A stretch of DNA of 64,000 nt from Verrucomicrobiota bacterium (GTDB lineage Bacteria > Verrucomicrobiota > Verrucomicrobiia > Limisphaerales > UBA11358): assembly GCA_049510395.1 (NCBI GenBank), contig JBEKYY010000025.1:3670-67669 (forward strand). Direction: 5' to 3'. Under the pieces are notes generated by a model. It saw only the letters and a program-made list of their open reading frames with translations, ran no database searches and was not told the DNA's origin. The position numbers were made by a program, and so were the translations under genes. How positions within the stretch are numbered: the first letter of the stretch is position 1; every line of letters starts with the position of its first letter. Positions 9,443-16,884 of this stretch are shown in pieces.

Positions 9443-10192
9443 ATGATGACAGCAAAACAACTGATATCGACGGCAGCCGGACTTCTGTTGCTCATTGGCT
9501 CTGCGCGTGGCGATTGGAACGTGGGCGACCCGTACAAGTACGTGCAACTGCCCAATATGAACGGGTGGGACGTGTCCCCGCAAGATTCAGGGGGTGCGTT
9601 TACAATGCTAGCGGATGACTGGGTCTGCTCTGTATCCGGTCCCGTCACGGATATCCATTTATGGTATTCATGGAGTAATGATGTGCCACATAACTTCGGC
9701 GTCGAGCTGGCCATCTACTCGAACGTCCCCGGGGTGGGTACCAACGGCTTCAGCCAGCCAGGCAACTCCCTCTGGAGCAGCGTGTTCAACTGGGGTCAAT
9801 TCTCGACGCGGCCGTACGCGACGAACAGCCAGGGATGGTATGAGCCTAGAACAGGAAGCTGGCTGACGAACACCCACTCCATTATGTGGGAACTGAACAT
9901 CACGAATATACAAAATCTCAATCAGCAGCAAGGAGTGACCTATTGGCTGGCGGTCGAGTTTACTGGCACCAATACCGATACTATTGGCTGGAAAACCGCC
10001 CTCACCTCAACCAACGACGCCGCTGTTTGGCTTACCCCGAGCTGGGTATGGACAAAATTGGTGGACCAGTCCACTAACTCGATGGACCTCGCGTTTGTCA
10101 TCACCACAATCCCCGAGCCTTCAACGTCTTTGCTCGTGGCCCTCGGCGGTTTGGCCTTGATTGGGCTGCGGCGGCAGGTTGCTCGCCACTGA
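9443..10192 (+). CDS. PEP-CTERM sorting-domain protein (secreted)
   Basis: GGAGG lies 8 nt upstream of the ATG at 9443. N-terminal signal MMTAKQLISTAAGLLLLIGSARG. The C-terminus TTIPEPSTSLLVALGGLALIGLRRQVARH has the PEP motif, a TM helix and a basic tail. Confidence 0.85.
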   Translation: MMTAKQLISTAAGLLLLIGSARGDWNVGDPYKYVQLPNMNGWDVSPQDSGGAFTMLADDWVCSVSGPVTDIHLWYSWSNDVPHNFGVELAIYSNVPGVGTNGFSQPGNSLWSSVFNWGQFSTRPYATNSQGWYEPRTGSWLTNTHSIMWELNITNIQNLNQQQGVTYWLAVEFTGTNTDTIGWKTALTSTNDAAVWLTPSWVWTKLVDQSTNSMDLAFVITTIPEPSTSLLVALGGLALIGLRRQVARH

Positions 10193-10338
10193 TCGCTGAA
10201 AGCTCATAGCTGAAACTTGCGAACTACCAGGATCGCTCTTGCGGCTCGTCCTGTGTCTCTCTACGGGTAAAAATGTGTCGGTCCCGGCTATTGTAGAATC
10301 TTGCTCAGCTCCCCCGCTTGCGCTGAGAGCCGGGCTGC

Positions 10339-10386
10339 ATGGCGCGTAAACTGCAAGTGCAATATCCCGGAGCGATGTACCATCAC
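10339..10386 (+). mobile_element. 16-codon 5' remnant of a RAYT/IS200-like (Y1 transposase family) gene
   Basis: ATG GCG CGT AAA CTG CAA GTG CAA TAT CCC GGA GCG ATG TAC CAT translates to MARKLQVQYPGAMYH. This matches the characteristic N-terminus MARxLRxxYPGAxYHV of this family. Similarity stops exactly at the stop codon of the convergent GDYXXLXY gene. Confidence 0.45.
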
Positions 10387-10931
10387 CGCGCCGCTCCCTT
10401 CATCACCTCGGCGTAGGGCTTGCCGTCCACGAAGATTTCTTTGACGCGGCCGCGGCCGGACGCGGGCACAACGACCTGCGCCGTGAGTTTTCCTATGGGA
10501 TTGCCCGTGCCTTCAGCAACATAAAAGCGTTCCAGTCCGTATTCGACGTGGATGGAATTGGTCGCTGCAGTCCACCGCGGCCAGGCGCTTTTGCCTTTCA
10601 ACAAAACTTCGTCCGTTGCCGGCACAAACTCGTTGGTGCTCGCCTTGACCACAACGTAAAACTGGTTCGTCGCCGGCGCGAGCGCGACGTAGATTTTCGT
10701 GTCGTGGGGCAAATCCTTTGTCACCGGCGGTGAAAACAAATTCGTCGGCACGTCGCTGATTTTGTAGTTCAGGATGAGATAATCGCCGCGCAGCAGGTCA
10801 CGCGGGTCAACGCGCGCAGTCTCCAGCAGGATGACCCTGCCGGTGGCGAGCGCGTGTTCCTGCACGGCCGCGGTACCGAGCAGCCACGCGCTTTGCAACG
10901 CAAGAACGAGGATGAGAAGTTTGAGTTTCAT
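10383..10931 (-). CDS. GDYXXLXY-domain protein (secreted/membrane-anchored)
   Basis: Signal MKLKLLILVLALQSAWLLG. The literal family motif is present in DLLRGDYLILNY. Confidence 0.85.
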   Translation of the reverse strand: MKLKLLILVLALQSAWLLGTAAVQEHALATGRVILLETARVDPRDLLRGDYLILNYKISDVPTNLFSPPVTKDLPHDTKIYVALAPATNQFYVVVKASTNEFVPATDEVLLKGKSAWPRWTAATNSIHVEYGLERFYVAEGTGNPIGKLTAQVVVPASGRGRVKEIFVDGKPYAEVMKGAAR

Positions 10932-10959
10932 GGCGCGCTCCGTTTCTTTGTCAGAAATT

Positions 10960-12099
10960 TCATTTCAAGCTTCCTGCCAAACGCTTGACGAGCAGTTGGT
11001 CGCAGCGGTCGCTGGAAATGACCCCGATGCTCTGGTAATCGGGATGATGCGAGTTCTGCATGTCCACAATCACCCACTCGCCCTTGCGATCGCACACCAC
11101 GAAATGCACGAATCCCTGCTCCGCGTTTTGCGGATTGAAAACGTAGTCGGCGTAAAGCGCGTAGTCAGCCGCGGGCGGATTGGCCCGGACAAAATTCCGG
11201 AACTCGCGCGCCAGATTCCATAACGCCTTCAACTCGTTCGGGTCCGCCAGCGAAGTTTTGAGGAGAACCGTCTGTTCGGCCTGAACGACCTTGCACAAGC
11301 CCGCTTGATTGATCAGCCGCACGACGTTGGTCGCGCTGGGGACGCTGATCTTGTCGCCACCAATCCGCGCCGGATAAACCAGCAGCGTCGCGCCGGGCAG
11401 CGCTTGTTTCATCGCCTGCTGGCGTTCGGGAAGGGCCGCCCGTTCATTCTCGGGAGGCAGGCCGCTCCGCTGATCCATGATGGCCGCCAGTTTGCCCGGT
11501 TTGGCCGCCTTGGCTGTTTCTTCGTTGAGGCTGAGCTGCGGACCCAGCCGTTCGACGAGCAGAACGGACATCGTCATCGGTTCCCGAGCTTCATTTTTCT
11601 TGAACGCTTCGTCCTGCGGTGTCTGACGGTCCGTCCAGACGACCGCGCCGGTTTGATCCACGACTACCGCGCGCAGTTCATTCAACCCGGTTTGACGATC
11701 GCCATTGTATTCGGCATAAAGCGCGTAACTGGTTGTGATCGGATTGGTCTTAACAAACGCACCGACGGCGGCGGCCAAACTTTCCGAATTCGTCTCAGCC
11801 GGCGTGAACGGGGTTTTCCCAAGCTCAATGTTTCTCAATCCCTGCTGTTCGAGCAGCACGCCCACCACCTCGGTCACGCGATCCCACGGTTTGCCTCCCA
11901 AGCGCACGGGCAGGATGGTCAGCGAGGTGTCCGGCCCCTTGGACTTCATCAATTCCAGCCGCTTCTGTTGCTCCGGCGCCATGCCGGATTGTGGTTCAGC
12001 GGCAACCGGGAAACGACTGACACACACCGCGAGCAGGACCATTGACAACGGCATGGCCACCGCGCGGAACGAACTGTTGGTTGTGATTGGATTTTTCAT
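10960..12099 (-). CDS. Secreted hypothetical protein built from two homologous ~170-aa halves
   Basis: The N-terminal hydrophobic segment PLSMVLLAVCV looks like a signal. The internal duplication is visible in TSYALYAEYNGDRQTGLNELRAVVVDQTGAVVWTD versus ADYALYADYVFNPQNAEQGFVHFVVCDRKGEWVIVD. The start overlaps the upstream stop (ATGA). Confidence 0.6.
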   Translation of the reverse strand: MKNPITTNSSFRAVAMPLSMVLLAVCVSRFPVAAEPQSGMAPEQQKRLELMKSKGPDTSLTILPVRLGGKPWDRVTEVVGVLLEQQGLRNIELGKTPFTPAETNSESLAAAVGAFVKTNPITTSYALYAEYNGDRQTGLNELRAVVVDQTGAVVWTDRQTPQDEAFKKNEAREPMTMSVLLVERLGPQLSLNEETAKAAKPGKLAAIMDQRSGLPPENERAALPERQQAMKQALPGATLLVYPARIGGDKISVPSATNVVRLINQAGLCKVVQAEQTVLLKTSLADPNELKALWNLAREFRNFVRANPPAADYALYADYVFNPQNAEQGFVHFVVCDRKGEWVIVDMQNSHHPDYQSIGVISSDRCDQLLVKRLAGSLK

Positions 12100-13331
12100 A
12101 GTTTTGCTCCTGTGGTTTGCGATTTAATTTGTTTCATCAATGCGCGACGTTTCTTTTCGAGATAAACGCCGAACACAATCAGGAAAATTCCTGAAATCAA
12201 AAACATCACGCCCGTCCGCGCCATGGAGCCGAACAAATCGCAGTAGGCCGCGATGATGTCGAGCGCGATGAAGACGACGCCGAGATTCACGAGAAACGGC
12301 GAACGCTCCTGAATGCCAACCTGGATTTGCAGCAGGCAAAAGACGAAGAGCGCGAGCGTGCCAGCGAGGTAACTCCACGATTCGCCCCAGTAAAAGTAGC
12401 GCGGGCCAACGGCGTGATTGAGTTGCCAGCAGCCGAACCAGACCGTGGCCATGAAAACCATCATTCCCAAGAGCGCCGCGAACCAGGTCCAGCGCCATTG
12501 ACTGGTAAGTGCACGCAAATTTCTGATTCCGGCTGCGAGCGGCAAAAGCGCGAACAGGCCTAGCGCGGGGAAAAACCATTGGCGGATTTCGGGATTGTCC
12601 CAGCCGAAGAAATCCTTCCACGTCAGCGGATAGGTGAAAATCAGAAACGCGACCAGGCCGAGTTTTTCTGTCACCCCGGCAAATTCAGAAAACGGCGTGC
12701 GCCGCAAACAATAACCCGCGCCGAGATAAACCAGCCCCAGCAGCGCGTAGAGCAGGATTTGACGTTGCGACTCGCAATAAATCAGACCGCCGCGCTCGTT
12801 GATTTCGAAACCGAACCAGATTCCGAATGCAATCAAGAGCAGGACGTGCTGCGCTTTCGACCGCAGCAGCCACGGCAGGGCGGCGATACCAATCCACCAG
12901 AGCAGGAATGCGTTCGGCGGGCGCGAGACGATGTTGTAAATCTGGCCGATGAGCGCGATGTTGGCGAGGAACAGACACGAGCCGATCCAGTGCAACGCCT
13001 CGCCGGTCTTCCGGTACTTACCCTGCACTTCGCGCCCGTCCTCCGTAGCAGGGCTACTGCGGAGGGTGGACAGCCACCAGCCGCCTGCGTGGAAACCGAG
13101 CATGAGCAAAAGTCCGGTGGCGATTTTCACGCCGCGCGGAATGTCGTTCCAGTGCGCGGCAATCAGCAGCGTGATTCCCGCCGCGATGAGCACGGCGCCG
13201 ATGATGGAGACGATGGCGAGGAAATTGCCGCCGCTGTCCTCCTTGAGTTGGAAGTGTTCGACGATTTTTTGCCGCTGCTCATCGGTGATAAGCCCGTCGT
13301 CGTGAAGTTTCTGGATGTCAGCGTATTTCAT
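12096..13331 (-). CDS. DUF2157-like polytopic membrane protein
   Basis: A soluble N-terminal segment MKYADIQKLHDDGLITDEQRQKIVEHF is followed by about 10 hydrophobic helices. This kind of protein is the typical partner of GDYXXLXY proteins. Confidence 0.65.
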   Translation of the reverse strand: MKYADIQKLHDDGLITDEQRQKIVEHFQLKEDSGGNFLAIVSIIGAVLIAAGITLLIAAHWNDIPRGVKIATGLLLMLGFHAGGWWLSTLRSSPATEDGREVQGKYRKTGEALHWIGSCLFLANIALIGQIYNIVSRPPNAFLLWWIGIAALPWLLRSKAQHVLLLIAFGIWFGFEINERGGLIYCESQRQILLYALLGLVYLGAGYCLRRTPFSEFAGVTEKLGLVAFLIFTYPLTWKDFFGWDNPEIRQWFFPALGLFALLPLAAGIRNLRALTSQWRWTWFAALLGMMVFMATVWFGCWQLNHAVGPRYFYWGESWSYLAGTLALFVFCLLQIQVGIQERSPFLVNLGVVFIALDIIAAYCDLFGSMARTGVMFLISGIFLIVFGVYLEKKRRALMKQIKSQTTGAKL

Positions 13332-13561
13332 GATTTACCCCAGAGATGACTGGTTTTCGCTCCAAACGGACAAGGAATCAACCCCCGATTTCGCGCCGGT
13401 TTTTCCCAGGTGCCGCGAGGCAGGGCAGCCGCCAGCCATCCGTCACACAACGGCAGGCCAAACGCCACCAACACCAGACCGAACCGCGTCATGCCCGTAA
13501 ATTCGACCGCGGCTTTCAAGTTTTGAAGCGCCAACCAGGCGGAATATCGTTTTGGTTTCAT
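13328..13561 (-). CDS. Small hypothetical membrane protein (77 aa)
   Basis: One hydrophobic helix (MTRFGLVLVAFGLPLCDGWLAAAL). Its stop overlaps the DUF2157 gene start as ATGA. No SD sequence and no homology recognised. Confidence 0.3.
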   Translation of the reverse strand: MKPKRYSAWLALQNLKAAVEFTGMTRFGLVLVAFGLPLCDGWLAAALPRGTWEKPARNRGLIPCPFGAKTSHLWGKS

Positions 13562-13591
13562 GGCTATAATTTAACTCAATTCGGCCGGCTG

Positions 13592-13607
13592 GTGTTAATT
13601 GATAAAA
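13592..13607 (+). repeat. Copy 1 of an exact 16-bp direct repeat, GTGTTAATTGATAAAA
   Basis: Identical 16-mer at 15947-15962. Both copies sit in short AT-rich intergenic patches. Confidence 0.8.
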
Positions 13608-13651
13608 TTTCGACGACCATCGTCTGGGTAAATGCCCGATGGACCAGCAAA

Positions 13652-15001
13652 TCACCCGGTCATGACTTGTTCTTCACGCCGGGCGTGGCGGCCAAAATTC
13701 GGCGACGTCTTGAGCATCCGTTTGAATTTGCTCCGGCGTTCATGTGTTTCCTCCGCGGAATAAAGTTGTTTGGCCAGTTTCAAGAAACCGCTTTGCAGTT
13801 GTTCAACGGTCATGTTCTTCGGGCGGAAATTGATGTCGAACAACGTGCAGAGTTCCCAGGCCCGGTCGCGGAGGACGCGGCCTTCGCGATTCAGCCGTTC
13901 GTGGAGCGGCGTGCCGGGAAACGCGGTCAGGAACGTCACCTGCACCTCGTAAAGTCCGGAGTCCCTCACAAAGTTGAGCACGTCGTTGAAGACTTCCGGC
14001 GTGTCGCCGTCGAGACCAAGGATGAAACAGCCGTTGACGGTGATGCCGTAGGATTGGATTTTGGTGATGGCATCCTTGTAAAAATCATGCTGGCGCAATT
14101 TCCAATTCGATTTCAACTCGACGCCATCGAGGCTGGCGCGGCGCGGACTTTCGAGGCCGATGAGGACCTGCTGGCAACCGGAGTCGCGCATGATGCCGAG
14201 CAATTTGTCGTCCCCGGCCACGCTCAAGTCGGCCTCGGTGAACCAGCGGAGTTTTTCCTTTGCCAACTCGCGCAATAATTTTTTGTAGTGCCCGCGGTGG
14301 ACAAAGCTGTTGTCGTCGGCGAACTCGATGAACGGGCGCGGCCAGATTTTTTTGATCTCACGGATTTCGGCGATGACCTTCTCCACCGGCTTCACCTTGT
14401 AACGCGGCGTGAGCAAAATTGAACTCGCGCAGAATTCGCAGCGGTGCGGGCAGCCGCGGCTCGTTTGGACGGTGAGGCGGTTGTATTTGTCCGGGTCGAG
14501 CAAATCAAAGCGTGGCATCGGCGCGTCGGCCAGATCGAATTCCTTCGACTGCGTGTAAAACGGCTTGAGCGCGCCGCGTTCGAAATCACGCAGCACCGCC
14601 GGCCAGAGCGGTTCGCCTTCGCCAACGACGACGCTGGTGCAATGTTTCTTCACCTCTTCCGGCAGGGAAGTGACAGTGATACCGCCCATCACCACCGGAA
14701 TTTTTTTGGCGCGATAAAAATCGGCGACTTCGTACGCCTCGTTGAGTTGCGCGGTAAACGTGCTGACGGCGACGAGATCGAAATCCACCGGGAGTTCGGA
14801 AAGTTTTTTGAGGTCGGCAATCTCGTGATACTCCACGTCAAATTTTTTCGGCGTCAGCCCGGCGAGCGTGAGCAGGCCGAGGCTGGGCAGCGAGGCGATG
14901 ATTTTGTTGCGGTCCACGAAACCGGGCAGCGTGAGACCGAGCTTCGTGAGTTCCGCGTTGTGCGCGCGCACACCGCTCATGGCGATGAATCCAATTTTCA
15001 T
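13652..15001 (-). CDS. B12-binding-domain radical SAM protein
   Basis: Starts at the internal ATG (MKIGFIAMSG...); the track ORF extends upstream to 15199. It has an N-terminal Rossmann-like B12-binding region and a CX3CX2C motif in SRGCPHRCEFCAS. Confidence 0.85.
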   Translation of the reverse strand: MKIGFIAMSGVRAHNAELTKLGLTLPGFVDRNKIIASLPSLGLLTLAGLTPKKFDVEYHEIADLKKLSELPVDFDLVAVSTFTAQLNEAYEVADFYRAKKIPVVMGGITVTSLPEEVKKHCTSVVVGEGEPLWPAVLRDFERGALKPFYTQSKEFDLADAPMPRFDLLDPDKYNRLTVQTSRGCPHRCEFCASSILLTPRYKVKPVEKVIAEIREIKKIWPRPFIEFADDNSFVHRGHYKKLLRELAKEKLRWFTEADLSVAGDDKLLGIMRDSGCQQVLIGLESPRRASLDGVELKSNWKLRQHDFYKDAITKIQSYGITVNGCFILGLDGDTPEVFNDVLNFVRDSGLYEVQVTFLTAFPGTPLHERLNREGRVLRDRAWELCTLFDINFRPKNMTVEQLQSGFLKLAKQLYSAEETHERRSKFKRMLKTSPNFGRHARREEQVMTG

Positions 15002-15384
15002 AATTTGATGACCTCCATAAAGGTTAAGACGCCACCGGCAATCAGACTGATCACCGGCACGGCAAAAATCAGGTGCGCTTTCGGGAAATGTGCCATCACC
15101 ACACAGCAAACCGGCATCGAGATCGCGCCGACAATGAAAGCCCACGACGCGACGACGGTGAACGGACCGGCCAGGGAGAAAGTTTGTGCCGTCAAACAAA
15201 ACAGGAGATTGACGACGCCCAATCCGAAGAATGAAATGTGTCCGAGCCGGTACATCCGGCGTTTGAAACTGCCGTAACCGCCGAGCCAGTTTTCGCCGTG
15301 AAAAAACATTCCGAGCACCATGCCGGCAACAAAGCCGAGCAGCAGCCAGAGCCAGGCGATGACAAGATTGAGATGAAATTTCAT
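14998..15384 (-). CDS. Small 4-TM membrane protein, translationally coupled to the radical SAM gene
   Basis: 128 aa with four hydrophobic segments. Its TGA overlaps the ATG of the radical SAM gene (ATGA at 14998-15001). Confidence 0.6.
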   Translation of the reverse strand: MKFHLNLVIAWLWLLLGFVAGMVLGMFFHGENWLGGYGSFKRRMYRLGHISFFGLGVVNLLFCLTAQTFSLAGPFTVVASWAFIVGAISMPVCCVVMAHFPKAHLIFAVPVISLIAGGVLTFMEVIKL

Positions 15385-15419
15385 TTGCGTTGAGCGGATT
15401 GGGTGCTAAAACCTAAGGC

Positions 15420-15830
15420 ATGAGTCCCGCCAAAGAAAAGTATTATCGCAGCCTGTTCCTGGTCGCTGCCGTTTACGACGTTCTCCTCGGCATCCCGTTC
15501 ACCTTTTTCCCCGCGCGGGCTTTTGACGCGCTGGGCATACGCGAAAAGCTGCCGGCCTTCGGCGGCTATCTGACACTGCTGGGCGCGTTTGTGCTGGTGA
15601 TTGGTGTCGCTTACTTCCTGATTGCGCGAGGTGATTTGCGGCGGAACGCGGATTTGATTCTCGTCGGCACGCTTTACAAACTGGCCTATTCGGGGACGGC
15701 GTTCTATTACTGGTCGCAGGGCAATCTCCCGCACATCGCCTTCGCCGCGCTGTTCGGCGTGGCCGACGCGGTCTTTTTCGTCTTGATGGCGGAATGCTAC
15801 TGGTCTTTGAAGCAGGAAACCAAAAGTTGA
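15420..15830 (+). CDS. Small 4-TM membrane protein (136 aa), divergent from 14998..15384
   Basis: Hydrophobic segments include LFLVAAVYDVLLGIPFTFF, GGYLTLLGAFVLVIGVAYFLI and FAALFGVADAVFFVLMAECYW. The antisense ORF 15381..15911 is Arg/Gln-rich junk. Confidence 0.6.
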   Translation: MSPAKEKYYRSLFLVAAVYDVLLGIPFTFFPARAFDALGIREKLPAFGGYLTLLGAFVLVIGVAYFLIARGDLRRNADLILVGTLYKLAYSGTAFYYWSQGNLPHIAFAALFGVADAVFFVLMAECYWSLKQETKS

Positions 15831-15946
15831 AACCGGTCGCCGCCGGTTGTCCGTGACAAAGCCAGTCTCGTAAATTTGTTCTGCGAAAGCGGTTTTCAAG
15901 ATTTGGTTCATTTCTTGACTGCAGATTAACGCTGCTTGCGATTGAA

Positions 15947-15962
15947 GTGTTAATTGATAAAA
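15947..15962 (+). repeat. Copy 2 of the exact 16-bp direct repeat, GTGTTAATTGATAAAA
   Basis: Lies 25 bp upstream of the LysR gene ATG at 15987. Identical to 13592-13607. Confidence 0.8.
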
Positions 15963-15986
15963 CTGTGCCGGACATCGGCTGGTTCA

Positions 15987-16859
15987 ATGAACGTTCATCA
16001 CCTCGAACTGTTTTATTACGTTGCCCGGCACGGCGGCATCATGCCGGCGGTGCGGAACATTCCCTACGGCATCCAGCAACCGGCGGTGAGCGCGCAGGTG
16101 GCACAACTCGAGGAATTCCTTGGCGTGACGCTGTTCCAGCGGCGGCCGTTTGCGTTGACACCGGAGGGCGAGAAACTTTACCAATTTATCCAGCCTTTTT
16201 TTTCGAACCTCGACAAAATCGCCAACGAATTTCAAGGCGGGCAGGCGCGGCACATCCGCATCGGGGCCTCGACGATAATTTTGCGGGATCACGTGCCGCG
16301 TTTGCTCAAAGGGGTGCAGAAAAGATTTCCCGGCTTGAAAGTTTCGCTGCGCGAAGGCTATCCGGCGCACCTGGAGGAATTGCTGCAAAAAGAGGAGATT
16401 GACCTGGCCGTCACCCTCATCGAGAAGAAGCCCGCTTCGGGCATCCACTCGCTGGCGTTGCTGGAGTTGCCGCTGGTGTTGCTGGCTGAAACGGGCAGCG
16501 CGGTCACCTCCGTAGAGCAGTTGTGGAAACGCGACAAGATTGACGAGCGGTTGATCTGCCTGCCGCCGGGCGCGCCGCTATGCAAAAATTTCCAACAAAA
16601 ACTTGCCGAACTCGGCGTGGATTGGTTTCCGAGCATTGAGGCGAGTTCGGTGGATTTGATCGAAACCTACGTGGCCAACGGACTCGGGATCGGCGTGTCG
16701 GTGGCGATTCCCAAAAAAACGCTGCCGCCCAACGTACGCGCCTTGCCCTTGCGTGGTTTTCCACCCGTCGTGGTGGGTGCGATGTGGCGTGGGCGCCTGA
16801 CATCGTTGATGCAGGCTTTTCTGGAGGAAATGAAATTGAGCGCTCAACGGCTGGCGTGA
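15987..16859 (+). CDS. LysR-family transcriptional regulator (paralog 1)
   Basis: MNVHHLELFYYVARHGGIMPAVRNIPYGIQQPAVSAQVAQLEEFLGVTLFQRRPF is a LysR wHTH domain, followed by a substrate-binding domain. The track ORF starts 33 nt upstream. Confidence 0.9.
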   Translation: MNVHHLELFYYVARHGGIMPAVRNIPYGIQQPAVSAQVAQLEEFLGVTLFQRRPFALTPEGEKLYQFIQPFFSNLDKIANEFQGGQARHIRIGASTIILRDHVPRLLKGVQKRFPGLKVSLREGYPAHLEELLQKEEIDLAVTLIEKKPASGIHSLALLELPLVLLAETGSAVTSVEQLWKRDKIDERLICLPPGAPLCKNFQQKLAELGVDWFPSIEASSVDLIETYVANGLGIGVSVAIPKKTLPPNVRALPLRGFPPVVVGAMWRGRLTSLMQAFLEEMKLSAQRLA

Positions 16860-16884
16860 GCGGCGCGGTGCCCGGTGAATTCGT

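Noticed and set aside
4591-15277. Long antisense ORFs such as 4591..5424(+), 7193..7972(+), 11305..12045(+), 12579..13349(+), 13346..14278(+) and 14444..15277(+).
   Set aside because: Each lies entirely opposite a gene with clear family motifs. Their compositions are Arg/His/Asp/Gly-rich and low-complexity, and they lack SD sequences or domains.
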